Assembly (NCBI GenBank): GCA_964450325.1
Contig: CAYVFW010000001.1
Location: 12,454 to 76,453 of the forward strand
DNA from: an uncultured Phycisphaeraceae bacterium
Lineage (GTDB): Bacteria; Planctomycetota; Phycisphaerae; Phycisphaerales; UBA1924
Length of the DNA: 64,000 nucleotides
Direction of reading: 5' to 3'
The notes under the pieces are model-generated. The model ran no database searches. It was not told the DNA's origin and saw only the letters and a program-made list of their open reading frames with translations. This document shows, piece after piece, positions 10,035-19,521 of the stretch. How positions within the stretch are numbered: the first letter of the stretch is position 1; every line of letters starts with the position of its first letter. The position numbers and the translations under genes were made by a program.

Positions 10035-10568
10035 CTAGCCGCACGAGCGGAGCATTTGCTGGTAACTTACCAACGAAAACTCGTCAAAGCAAACGAAGGT
10101 AACTTTCTCGATACCCGGCACCACCGACGTGTTAAACTTCACCGTAGAGACCGCGATCTGCGCGGCCCGCGGTGTTGAATAGCCGTACGCGCCGGTGCTG
10201 ATGCACGGGATCGCCACCGTGCGCAGCGACCTGAGTGAGGCAGAACGAATTATGTTTCGATAGCACGCCGCCAGCAGATGATCGCACCCTAATGGATTCT
10301 GATCCTCCCAAACTGGCCCGACAGCGTGAATTACATTTTTGCACTTGAGCAAGTGCGCGCTGGTGATACGTACTTCACCTGTTGGGCATCGCACTCCCGG
10401 CTCGACCTCGGGAATCGCTTCGCACTCCATCGCCAGGCCCCGCCCTGCGGCTTTATGGATCGCACCGTCGACCCCCCCACCGCCCAAGAGAGAAGGGTTC
10501 GCGGCGTTTACGATGCAATCCACTTGCAGCGTCGTAATATCAGCCCGTATGGCCTCCAGAATCGTCAT
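10035..10568 (-). CDS. macro domain protein (O-acetyl-ADP-ribose deacetylase-like)
   Basis: 177-aa ORF with macro-domain signature DCIVNAANPSLLGGGGVDGAIHKAAG and ISTGAYGY. Confidence 0.85.
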   Translation of the reverse strand: MTILEAIRADITTLQVDCIVNAANPSLLGGGGVDGAIHKAAGRGLAMECEAIPEVEPGVRCPTGEVRITSAHLLKCKNVIHAVGPVWEDQNPLGCDHLLAACYRNIIRSASLRSLRTVAIPCISTGAYGYSTPRAAQIAVSTVKFNTSVVPGIEKVTFVCFDEFSLVSYQQMLRSCG

Positions 10569-10581
10569 GACTGCATGATAG

Positions 10582-12015
10582 TCAAGGCGCGCTGATGCGG
10601 TCCTTGTTGCCCATATAAGGCCGGAGCGCAGTTGGAATAGTAACTGAACTGTCCTCGTTCTGGTAAAGTTCCAGAACAGGAATCAGGAAGCGAGGGCTAG
10701 CGAGCACCGTGTTATTAAGCGAATGGCAGAACGTCGTTTCGCCCTCGGTGCCGCGCCGGTACCGCATGTTCAGTCTCCGGCACTGAAAATCGTGCAGACG
10801 GCTCGCCGAATGTGTCTCTCCGTAGGCACCCGTTGTGCTTCCATTGACGATCTCGCCGCGGCCGGGCATCCAAGACTCGATGTCCACCATATCGGCGTTC
10901 TTGAAACCCAGGTCGCCCGTACAGCACTGGAGTAGCCGGTAGGGAATTTCCAATGACTGAAGTATCGCTTCGACATAAGAAATCATCTGCTTGTGCAGTT
11001 CGCGGCTCAGCGCGGCGTCGTTGCGGCAGATGATAACCTGCTCTACTTTATCAAACTGGTGGATTCGGTAGAGGCCCGCGGTATCTTTCCCTGCCGCGCC
11101 CGCTTCGCGGCGGAAGCACGTGCTGACTGTAACATACTTCAGCGGGAGTTTGGTCTCGTCAAGAATCTCACCTTGGTGAAGCCCCATCAAGCCCACTTCG
11201 CCCGTGCCGGTGAGAAACAGGTCGTAACCTTTAGACGTTTCGCCGGGTGCGACATCTGCGGCCTGCCGCTGCGATTCTGGGATGTGGTACGCCTGCTCGC
11301 GTCCATCCGGAAAGAACCCGGTGCCAATCATGCACTCTTCGCGGACCAAAACCGGAACCGAAACGGGGGTAAATCCCTGCTTATCCACCATGTAATCGAA
11401 CGCGTACCGCAGTACCGCCTGGTGTAAACGCATGCCATCGCCGGTGAGAACATAACTTCGTGTGCCCGCCATCTTCACCCCTCGCTCAAAGTCGGCGAGT
11501 TTAAGATGGCGTACGAGGTCGATGTGGTTGCGCGGCGCGAAGCCCTTGTTCTGCTCAAACGACTTCGCGGGGTCAAACCACGAGGGGTGCCACGTCTTTA
11601 CCTGTTGATTATCTTCGCTTCCTTTCCCCACCGGCACGTTGTCGTCGGGCGGCAAGGGAACCTGAAGCACGAGGCTCTCAAACTCCGGCTCCAGCTGCGC
11701 GATCAGTGCCTCCGTTTGCGCGATGGTGACTTTGAGCACGGCTGGCCGCTCTTTCAATTTATCGATCTCTTGCTGCAACGCCGCGGCTTCAGCGCCAGAT
11801 GCCTTCTTAAGCTGGCCCGCAAGTTTACCGATTTGTGGCCCCGAATCCTTCGCGATCTTGTTCTGTTCAGCACGCGATGCTTCCACCTGAGTGACTAGGG
11901 AACGGCGCTGCTCATCCAACGCGAGCAACCGATCAATGTCAACCCGTGCCCGCTTCTTGGCACAACCGTCTTTGAATAACTGGGGGTTTTCGCGGAGCTG
12001 CTTGAGGTCGATCAT
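10582..12015 (-). CDS. serS: serine--tRNA ligase
   Basis: N-terminus MIDLKQLRENPQLFKD with coiled-coil arm. Class II core FRREAGAAGKDTAGLYRIHQF and GETHSASRLHDFQCRRL. At 477 aa it is slightly longer than the usual ~425 aa. Confidence 0.94.
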   Translation of the reverse strand: MIDLKQLRENPQLFKDGCAKKRARVDIDRLLALDEQRRSLVTQVEASRAEQNKIAKDSGPQIGKLAGQLKKASGAEAAALQQEIDKLKERPAVLKVTIAQTEALIAQLEPEFESLVLQVPLPPDDNVPVGKGSEDNQQVKTWHPSWFDPAKSFEQNKGFAPRNHIDLVRHLKLADFERGVKMAGTRSYVLTGDGMRLHQAVLRYAFDYMVDKQGFTPVSVPVLVREECMIGTGFFPDGREQAYHIPESQRQAADVAPGETSKGYDLFLTGTGEVGLMGLHQGEILDETKLPLKYVTVSTCFRREAGAAGKDTAGLYRIHQFDKVEQVIICRNDAALSRELHKQMISYVEAILQSLEIPYRLLQCCTGDLGFKNADMVDIESWMPGRGEIVNGSTTGAYGETHSASRLHDFQCRRLNMRYRRGTEGETTFCHSLNNTVLASPRFLIPVLELYQNEDSSVTIPTALRPYMGNKDRISAP

Positions 12016-12116
12016 TAGGGAGCAGTGTAGGGATTCCCCGGTGGCTCTTCCCCCTCCTACTTCCGCCCCACTTGACGGCGGCCCCTACGTAGCTTGCGAC
12101 AAAGCACGACGCTGGC

Positions 12117-12152
12117 AAAAAAACGAGCGGCCGCGCGTGTCCGCGCAGCCGC
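12117..12152 (-). terminator. rho-independent terminator downstream of the HDOD gene
   Basis: GC-rich hairpin GCGGCCGCGCG-tgtc-CGCGCAGCCGC (one mismatch) at 12127-12152. On the minus strand it is followed by a 7-nt U tract (plus-strand A7 at 12117-12123). Lies 42 nt past the HDOD stop. Confidence 0.6.
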
Positions 12153-12193
12153 CTGGAGGGAGAAAGAGAGAGAGTTTGGCGCCCTAGGCAAGT

Positions 12194-13087
12194 CTACAGG
12201 AGGAGGCTCTGAGCGTCCGCGGCCTGTGCCACAAGCTGGGCTTTAATTTCGTTTAGCTTTTCTGCGGTTAACTTAAGCATATCCAAAACCGCCGGGTCGA
12301 GTAATGTGTCCATCAAGTCGTGGCGGAATCCGCCCGCTACTTCGCCCGCCATACGGTCGGCGACGTAAACAATGCAAGACAGCGTGCGGTTTTCGTAGGC
12401 AAGCTCTAGTGGATTATGGTGAAACCCCGTGACCAATGCGAGGCTCTTGGGAAACTTCCATTTTTCGCATAACGCGGAACCGAAATCTTGGTGCGTCGCG
12501 CCAAAGACAATCAGCTCGGCCGCTAGAAAGTCCGCAGCGGGAACTCCGTTGTCATCGGCTCCGACACGGCTAAATACTTCGACAAGCTTAGTGCGATTTG
12601 CCTGCATCTCCACCATCACGCCAATATCATGCATCAAACCAGCGAGAAAAGCCTCGTCGGAAAGGCCGATTTTCATCGAGTTGGCGATCATCTTCGCTGC
12701 CGCTGCGGTCACATTGCTGTGAGTCCACAAGTCTTTAGCGGAGAAGTTTGGAGTGAGATCGCCGCCACGAAAGAGCTTTGCGAGTGACGCGGCGATGGCG
12801 ATATTTTTGACTGCGTTCAGCCCGAGCATCACGATGGCGCGGTTGATGCTGGCGATCTGCCCCGGCAATCCGTAGAAGGATGAGTTAACCACCTTCAGGA
12901 TGCGGCTGCATAACGCGGGATCGGTTGAAATTACTTTGTTCAGGTCCTGCGCGGTAGACTTAGGGCTTTCTACCAGTTCTACGATCTTAATCGTAATCTC
13001 TGGAAGCGTGGCGATATGACTAATCTCCCGGATCGCGGTGGCGACCACGGTATCTTTGTCAATGATTGGTGTCGTAACCGCGCTCAT
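12194..13087 (-). CDS. HDOD domain signalling protein
   Basis: HDOD-like pattern LPEITIKIVELVESPKSTAQDLNKVISTDPALCSRILKVVNSSFYGLPGQIASINRAIVMLG and HD-like LMHDIG. Confidence 0.8.
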   Translation of the reverse strand: MSAVTTPIIDKDTVVATAIREISHIATLPEITIKIVELVESPKSTAQDLNKVISTDPALCSRILKVVNSSFYGLPGQIASINRAIVMLGLNAVKNIAIAASLAKLFRGGDLTPNFSAKDLWTHSNVTAAAAKMIANSMKIGLSDEAFLAGLMHDIGVMVEMQANRTKLVEVFSRVGADDNGVPAADFLAAELIVFGATHQDFGSALCEKWKFPKSLALVTGFHHNPLELAYENRTLSCIVYVADRMAGEVAGGFRHDLMDTLLDPAVLDMLKLTAEKLNEIKAQLVAQAADAQSLLL

Positions 13088-13318
13088 GCCCGCTTGCTCC
13101 GTTTGAAGATACCCGCTCGGACTCGGTGTCTGGATCTTTCAGACAGACTGCCGACTGGTCAGGTGTAGCATCGGCGTGCGCAGACATTCACTTTCGCATT
13201 TGGACCCGCATTTTCTTGAGCAACCGGCCAGACCTATCCGCACTCCCCCGAAAGGGTCTGCTACGCTCACGGCTTGCGCTCTGCTTGAGCTGTTGCATAG
13301 CGGCCTACCTTCATCGGC

Positions 13319-13882
13319 ATGACTCTTGTTCGCCCCCCTTTACGGGTCGCTCAGGCGGTCGGGCTGGTTGGTTTTTCGGCCGCCATCTCCGTCGCGCTGG
13401 GCTGTCTGCTCATGTCTGGTCTGATCGCGGCGGTTTCGTTCCCGATGATGAAAGCGCTCGCTCCCCGCCTGCCGGACTACCCGATCGTGTTTGATGACCA
13501 CTGGAAGATTGCTGCGGGATATCCCGCAGCAGTCGTTTTTTACGCTGCGTCAGGTGTTCAGACGCTCATGCTTCTGGTCGCGGGCGCTTGTCGGCTGGGG
13601 GCCAGCGCGCGTTCGCTTACCACGCGTGCTTTAATAGGGACCAGTGCGATCTTCGGCGGGTTGCAACTTTTTGTAATCGTGCCTATGGCAGCCGCGCTCA
13701 TCGCTTATCGGGCGGCGGCCCGCGCGGGCGAGTTGGCTCAGGCGATTGAATCGCAGCTGCGATTTCAGCAACTCCATGTCGTGAGCACCGGCGCGATGAT
13801 GCTCCTCGCGCTCCTGTATATTGTCTGTCTGGGGTGCATCGCGTACGAAGCTATGCAGACGGCCCGTGCTTCTGCGGGCTGA
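13319..13882 (+). CDS. hypothetical integral membrane protein (about 4 TM segments)
   Basis: 187-aa ORF with four long hydrophobic stretches. No recognisable family. Its 3' end abuts the nth start. Confidence 0.5.
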   Translation: MTLVRPPLRVAQAVGLVGFSAAISVALGCLLMSGLIAAVSFPMMKALAPRLPDYPIVFDDHWKIAAGYPAAVVFYAASGVQTLMLLVAGACRLGASARSLTTRALIGTSAIFGGLQLFVIVPMAAALIAYRAAARAGELAQAIESQLRFQQLHVVSTGAMMLLALLYIVCLGCIAYEAMQTARASAG

Positions 13883-13895
13883 GGTCGCTTGTCGA

Positions 13896-14612
13896 ATGAT
13901 TCGACGTATGACCGCGGGTACGATCAGAACGATGAGCGCATCTACACCCCGAGTTACAGTTACACAGCGCGAACGGGCGCACCGCCTGCTTACTTTGCTG
14001 CAAGCGCACTACCCCGATGCGCACTGTGAACTTAATTTCGCCAGCCCCCGTGAACTCTTGATCGCGACCATTCTCTCCGCTCAGGCCACGGACGTTTCAG
14101 TAAACAAGGCAACACCCGCACTCTTCGCTCGCTTTCCAACGCCTCAAGATTATGTTCGTTCATCGCCCGCGGAGATTGAGCCCTATATCCGCACTATCGG
14201 ACTGTTTCGCGGCAAGGCAAAGTCGATTCACCTTTCCATGTCCCGGATCTGCGAAGACTTTGGCGGCGAGGTTCCCGCGACCATGGATCAGTTATTAACG
14301 CTCCGCGGCGTCGCCCGCAAAACAGCGAACGTGGTGCTCGGCAACTGCTTCGGAATAAATGAGGGCTTCGTCGTAGACACCCACGTCGAACGCCTGGCGA
14401 AGCGATTAGCGCTGGCACCGCGGGATGCGAATGTTCTGAAAGTAGAGCAGATTTTGATGAGATTGTTCCCACAAGAACTTTGGTGTGACATATCACACAT
14501 GCTAATCTTTCACGGACGTCGAGCCTGCCCAGCGCGCGCAAAATGCTGTGGTTCGCACGCGATATGCATGGAGTTCGGAGTCCGTTGCGACCTCCCGCGG
14601 TCGGGGTGTTGA
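13896..14612 (+). CDS. nth: endonuclease III
   Basis: HhH-GPD pattern ELLIATILSAQATDVSVN and LTLRGVARKTANVVLG, followed by VVDTHV. C-terminal 4Fe-4S cysteine cluster CPARAKCCGSHAIC. Start placed at ATG 13896. Confidence 0.9.
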   Translation: MIRRMTAGTIRTMSASTPRVTVTQRERAHRLLTLLQAHYPDAHCELNFASPRELLIATILSAQATDVSVNKATPALFARFPTPQDYVRSSPAEIEPYIRTIGLFRGKAKSIHLSMSRICEDFGGEVPATMDQLLTLRGVARKTANVVLGNCFGINEGFVVDTHVERLAKRLALAPRDANVLKVEQILMRLFPQELWCDISHMLIFHGRRACPARAKCCGSHAICMEFGVRCDLPRSGC

Positions 14613-14877
14613 TTATATTACTTTAGCACGGCGGGCTGGTCGGGGTAGACATCGGTGCTGTTTTGGCCGCTCTTGTCTTCTGTATTGGTGAGGCGGGCGT
14701 GTTAATTGGTAGCTACATTAAAAGAAATGCACGCCCCGCGGCGATGATCGGTGCCGGCCGGGTCATTGCCTCGACTCTGCTGTATCGTATTAAGTTTAAG
14801 CAATCTCTTCCCGCGCAATCGCGTCATAAGTCAGTGAGAGAGTGGCCCGCCGACCGGCGGAGACTCGCTTACGATCG

Positions 14878-15729
14878 TTAAGAATCAAACGCCAGCGTAA
14901 GTACTATAAGCCCCGCAAGCATTATCAGCCCCAGGGCTGCGGCACAAGCGATGCAGATAACATAATATCTCATTCCCGACGCCGCCTTTGGTGCTCGTTC
15001 CTCAAGGGGCGCGTCCGGCACTTGCACCATACCCATGCTGCCTCCGGTTTGTGCGACTTCCACCGCTTGGTGCTCCCCATGCCGCACCGATTCCTGAACC
15101 TCTGCAACCAACAAGCTTACCTGAAACGGCCGAAGACCAGCTTTAACCCCTCCAGCGACAAGCGCACGTCGTCGGTGGGGCCGAAGGATCGCAGCCCTTC
15201 CGCCCTCTAGCGACCGCACCACCTCTTTCACGAAGTTCTCCCGCAGCGAACCCAATCCGTGGACAACCTCGCCAGCGCCTCCCCTCATCCCCAGGCCAAC
15301 CGCGGCTCTCGCCGAATGGTTTTCCGCGGCAATCGCAAGCTGAGCACGACGCTGTGAACTTTCAAGTGAGTGACCGCCAACAGTGGAGGAGAACGACCGC
15401 GAGTGCTCCGGCGACGGGTCGACAGGTGCGGCCAAGAATCGAGCAGTTAACGCGCCGGCGGGCGAGGGCGAAGAAAGATACGCAGCTAGGCGCATCGAAT
15501 CTAACTGCGCTCCTGACTCGCCCCCACCATCCGGCCTGAGACCTCGCTCCGCATTGCCCAGATTGGGTAGATCCCCACTCGGTACGGGGTTGTCGGAGGC
15601 GTTTGAGGAGGGCTGATTTGACACGTTGGAATAAGGAATCGCCGCAAAGTGTGTGCCATCCAATCCGCGATTGCGTACTCCCACCCAATGAAACGGAGGA
15701 GTGGCAGACTCAGCGGTTGAGAATCGCAA
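14878..15729 (-). CDS. hypothetical protein with a single C-terminal transmembrane anchor
   Basis: 283-aa ORF with TTG start and coding-like third-position bias by eye. Only the last ~30 aa are hydrophobic (YYVICIACAAALGLIMLAGLIVLTLAF). No family recognised. Confidence 0.3.
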   Translation of the reverse strand: MRFSTAESATPPFHWVGVRNRGLDGTHFAAIPYSNVSNQPSSNASDNPVPSGDLPNLGNAERGLRPDGGGESGAQLDSMRLAAYLSSPSPAGALTARFLAAPVDPSPEHSRSFSSTVGGHSLESSQRRAQLAIAAENHSARAAVGLGMRGGAGEVVHGLGSLRENFVKEVVRSLEGGRAAILRPHRRRALVAGGVKAGLRPFQVSLLVAEVQESVRHGEHQAVEVAQTGGSMGMVQVPDAPLEERAPKAASGMRYYVICIACAAALGLIMLAGLIVLTLAFDS

Positions 15730-15929
15730 AGTCCGGCAGGTAATGCAACAGGCCGGTAGCGAGCAAGTGTGCTAAACTATATCGTCTATTATATCGACGG
15801 CATCTACGCCATTCCGGTCGCGCCGGGTCTTGTAAGTGGTTTAACTTCCCCAAACCCGCTCCGCTTTAGGTTCCCTTCCGTCAAGCAGCAAGGGTTACTT
15901 ACGACGTTAGTTATAAAGGCTGGTGAACT

Positions 15930-16235
15930 ATGGGTCTGGATTTTGCTATTGACGCACTATACAACTCAGGTTGGGAGCAGTCCCCTGCACCGGGCGGTGT
16001 TTGCCGCCATCCCGATGGTCGGCTCTACCCGTCGCCCCCAAGCGTGATCGGTGCGTTTGCCGATGCGGGCTTCGAATTAAGTGTTCGCCATATACCGGTG
16101 TTTGATTGCTATCGCGCTGAATGGGGCAATGAGTCTGGTCAGGCGGGTGCCGTAGTCGGCCAATCCGCCGACGAGGCGGCGGTCTTCGCGCTCTCACAGC
16201 TGCGTCGACAGATGGCAACTGCGGCCGTGGTATGA
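15930..16235 (+). CDS. hypothetical small protein
   Basis: 101-aa ORF with ATG start and plausible globular composition. No family recognised. Confidence 0.35.
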   Translation: MGLDFAIDALYNSGWEQSPAPGGVCRHPDGRLYPSPPSVIGAFADAGFELSVRHIPVFDCYRAEWGNESGQAGAVVGQSADEAAVFALSQLRRQMATAAVV

Positions 16236-16512
16236 GTAGGTTAAGCTCCAGCGATCTTTTAATTAAGAACGGGGCCGCTCTGCCTGTTGCGCGGCACTAT
16301 TGCCGTGCAGAACTGGAAGGTCGGCCCCGAACTTATATTGCGAACGTTAACTAAGTGTACTTCGTGGCGAGCTTTCTTTAGCCGCGGACGTCAATACTTT
16401 CACACTCTAATGAAACTCTGTCGCGGTGGGTCAGGCTCCATGGTCCGTTTCGCAACCGTAGTATGCACATTTTAGAGTCGCCGAACCCACACTGATTACC
16501 GAAGCGGGGCAT

Positions 16513-17250
16513 TCACGCGGCGCGACGTGTGGTCTTGGCCTTCGTCCCGGAACGTGTTCCGATTTTGGCAATCGTTCCGCTTTCAGCTCCTTGATTCATT
16601 AGATTACCGCTCAGCACCACCTTAACTATGTCGGCCGGGGTCTGCGCCCAGAGATCGCAGTGAATCTCCTCCGCCAGTCCTTCGGCACGATTGAATACGC
16701 CACCGCCCGCGATTACTTGCGTTCGATCTGACGCTCCGATTTCGCGAATCTGGTCGACCATCTCGCGGAGTGAAGGTAGATCGCTCGCCGCGGAAGCGAA
16801 GAGTAACAGAACATCGGGTCGCCGCTCGTTCACCTGAGCCAGGACTTCATCGCTGGGCACGCCGCCGCCACAGAAAGTGACCTGGCAACCGGAGGCCTCG
16901 AGCAGATCGACCGCGATCTGCGCCGAGAGCTCTTCGTTCTGGCTGGGCCCGCACACCGCGAAAACCGTTCGGCCATTCTGTGGCTGCAATGTAAGTTGCG
17001 CGGCCGTCTGATCCACAAGCACGCGCAGAAGTCGCGTGGCGAGGTGGTAAGCGGCATTGGTCAGTTCGTCGGCGCGGAAGAGCGTTTCAAGTCGCTCGTG
17101 GGCGCAAAAGAAGAGATCATTCATCACCTTGTGAGGCGTCGCGCCCGCGTCCAGTGCGCTGCGAGTGATGGCCCGCGCGGCAACGCGGTCGCCGCTGGTG
17201 AGCGTATCGAGAAATCGTGTGAGAAAAATATCTTGTTTCATCGGGGTCAT
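16513..17250 (-). CDS. B12-binding-domain-like protein (helical cap plus Rossmann-like module)
   Basis: Architecture resembles B12-binding_2 plus B12-binding domains: VFAVCGPSQNEELSAQIAVDLLEASGCQVTFCGGGVPSDEVL...DVLLLFASAAS...VIAGGGVF. The canonical DxHxxG His-ligand motif is not present. Confidence 0.6.
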   Translation of the reverse strand: MTPMKQDIFLTRFLDTLTSGDRVAARAITRSALDAGATPHKVMNDLFFCAHERLETLFRADELTNAAYHLATRLLRVLVDQTAAQLTLQPQNGRTVFAVCGPSQNEELSAQIAVDLLEASGCQVTFCGGGVPSDEVLAQVNERRPDVLLLFASAASDLPSLREMVDQIREIGASDRTQVIAGGGVFNRAEGLAEEIHCDLWAQTPADIVKVVLSGNLMNQGAESGTIAKIGTRSGTKAKTTRRAA

Positions 17251-17636
17251 GGCTAAGGAGTCCGTTCCGCCAGCGCTCAGGTCTGGCTATTGGTCACGGT
17301 TCCACCATGCCCACCACAGGTGATGAGATTACGCCGCTCTCCGTGCGGCGTTCAGTCGCCGCGTAACTCGCACAAAGCAAGGTACGCGACTGAGGTACAC
17401 ATCGGGCACAGGTCAGAAAGCTCAACACATTGAAATGCTGCGATTCGGATTTGTGGCCAATAACGGGTGTTCAACGCGGGAATAGGGGCCGCCCCCACCC
17501 CAGCACGGTAGACCCTTGGGCGATAACTGGCGGGGCATCCACTATTCCAGGGGGAGTGACGTGGCAACCCGAACCGTGACCGCGCGGAGTGAACGCAGAA
17601 TGCACTTAAGATGAAGACTTGAATGAAATATTATAT

Positions 17637-18413
17637 CTATTTGCGCGCACTATAACACACACAGATACCTAGCGTAAGCCCACGATCCTCTACATCCTTA
17701 AAACCAACCTCGGCGATAGCCTGCGCAAGTGCTTTGCGCGGCATAAACGAACCCACAGATGCCGGCAAATATTTATAGGCCCCGGATGTATCCCCACTGA
17801 TAAGGGTTGCGGTCTTGGGCATTACCCACCCGCAATAAAAGTCATTCATCCACCTGAGCGGAGGGAACAACGGACGATCAAACTCAAGGATCACCAAACG
17901 ACCACCAGGCTTGAGCACCCGGTGAAACTCCGACAGCGCGCTCAGCGGAGATGTAACATTACGTATCCCGAATGCGATCGAAACCACGTTGAAGCTCGCA
18001 TCCGCAAAGTCCAGCGACTGCGCATCGCCCTCAACATAAGTTATTTTTGTCGCCTGTTCCCGCGTCAGGCCTCGCTGCTTGGTCCTGGCTACATCGAGCA
18101 TGCGGGGAGTAAAATCCACCCCGATCACACGCTGGGCCCCGGTCGCGGCGAAGGCTTGGGTCAAATCACCCGTGCCGCATGCAACATCAAGAATGTGGTC
18201 GCCCGGCTGCACGGCCGCACGGCGCACTGCAAGCCGCCGCCACGCTTGATCGCGCCATAGGGAATGAAGCCGATTGTTCAGATCGTAAGATTCGGCGATG
18301 GCACTGAACATACCCTTAACCTTGCTGGCCTTCTCAGCAGAAAGATGCGGGTTCGTCAGTTCGCCAGCCGCCCATTGCGGCGGGGGATGCTTGGATGAAG
18401 AGGATTGTACCAT
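17637..18413 (-). CDS. ubiE: demethylmenaquinone / ubiquinone biosynthesis C-methyltransferase
   Basis: UbiE/MenG pattern KVKGMFSAIAESYDLNNRLHSLWRDQAWRR and SAM motif ILDVACGTGDL. Confidence 0.9.
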   Translation of the reverse strand: MVQSSSSKHPPPQWAAGELTNPHLSAEKASKVKGMFSAIAESYDLNNRLHSLWRDQAWRRLAVRRAAVQPGDHILDVACGTGDLTQAFAATGAQRVIGVDFTPRMLDVARTKQRGLTREQATKITYVEGDAQSLDFADASFNVVSIAFGIRNVTSPLSALSEFHRVLKPGGRLVILEFDRPLFPPLRWMNDFYCGWVMPKTATLISGDTSGAYKYLPASVGSFMPRKALAQAIAEVGFKDVEDRGLTLGICVCYSARK

Positions 18414-18499
18414 CTACTTAATCGTACGTTTCGTTAATTGCGTACGCTCAGATGAGCCGCGTTTCGTAGAATCACTTTAAAGACGGAGATTCGCCCAGT

Positions 18500-19483
18500 A
18501 TGCAAAAGCTCAATATTGCGATGGCCTCACTTGCGTTCACTCCTCTAATGATTGCCGCGCTCAGCGGATGCGAGACGAACTCGGCAACCGGTCGTAGTCA
18601 GTTCATGATGTTGGACCGAGCGCAAGAAGTGGAACTAGGCCTAGAGGCAGCCCCTCAAATGATCGCGGAATACGGGGGCGAAATCGCAAGCCCTGAGGTC
18701 CGCGCGTATTTTACCGAAGTCGGCAACAAGATGGCAGCCACGACCGAGGGCGATAGCCCATCCCTGCCTTGGACGTTTACAGTCCTCAACTCTGATGTGA
18801 TTAATGCCTTTGCGCTACCGGGCGGCAAAGTTTTCGTTTCCAGGGGGCTGCTGCAGCGCATGACCAACGAAGCTCAGATGGCGGGCGTGGTCGGTCACGA
18901 GATCGGTCATGTGACCGCCAAGCACGTCAATGATCGCATGCTACAGCATTCTGTCGCTGGCGGTGTCACGAGCGTGCTCGCAAGCGTTCTCACCGAAGGG
19001 ATTGGCGGTCAGATAGGGGAAGTTGCGCCCAACGTAATTAAAATGGGTGGTCAGACCGTCGTCCTTCGTTTCGGCCGCGAGCAGGAGCTCGAAGCGGATA
19101 AGCTTGGAATGCGTTACATGACCAACGTGGGGTACAACCCGCGTGCGCAGCGGCAGGTCATGGAGATCCTTGGAGCTAGCATGGGAACCGCGGCGGGCTC
19201 GGAATGGTTTTCAACCCATCCCTTCCCGCAGACCAGAATCGATCAAATAGACGCTCTCCTTGCGGGGGAATTTTCTGCCCAGGCGAATGATTCATCTCTC
19301 GTCTTTAATGATGTTCAGTTTCAGCAACGCTGTCTCTCAAAGCTGCCGCCACTGGCTGGTCCGACAGATTCGAAGGGTAGAGCTTCACTCGCTGCGGCGT
19401 CGCGGTTTGCGTCCCAGCCACAACTCTGGTGCTCGATCTGCAGCACCGACGCGGGCACGACCGCCCACGTTTTGTCTCGTTAG
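18500..19483 (+). CDS. M48-family zinc metalloprotease, probable lipoprotein
   Basis: Lipobox-like LSGC after the signal sequence, HExxH motif HEIGHVTAKH, and downstream ELEADKLG. Confidence 0.85.
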   Translation: MQKLNIAMASLAFTPLMIAALSGCETNSATGRSQFMMLDRAQEVELGLEAAPQMIAEYGGEIASPEVRAYFTEVGNKMAATTEGDSPSLPWTFTVLNSDVINAFALPGGKVFVSRGLLQRMTNEAQMAGVVGHEIGHVTAKHVNDRMLQHSVAGGVTSVLASVLTEGIGGQIGEVAPNVIKMGGQTVVLRFGREQELEADKLGMRYMTNVGYNPRAQRQVMEILGASMGTAAGSEWFSTHPFPQTRIDQIDALLAGEFSAQANDSSLVFNDVQFQQRCLSKLPPLAGPTDSKGRASLAAASRFASQPQLWCSICSTDAGTTAHVLSR

Positions 19484-19521
19484 TCCGCTAAGTTGGGGCG
19501 CGGGCTGCTACGCTCACGTGT

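Noticed and set aside
17251-17636. Possible cobalamin riboswitch in the leader of the B12-binding-domain gene
   Set aside because: On the minus strand I see GGAATAGTGGATGCCCCGCCAGTTAT, which loosely recalls the GGTG...CCCGC.ACTGT core. I could find no B12 box (AGTCAGGAGACCTGCC-like) and no GCCACTG element. Cobalamin riboswitches normally control transport or biosynthesis genes. The region is kept only as an unexplained long leader, not as a riboswitch call.
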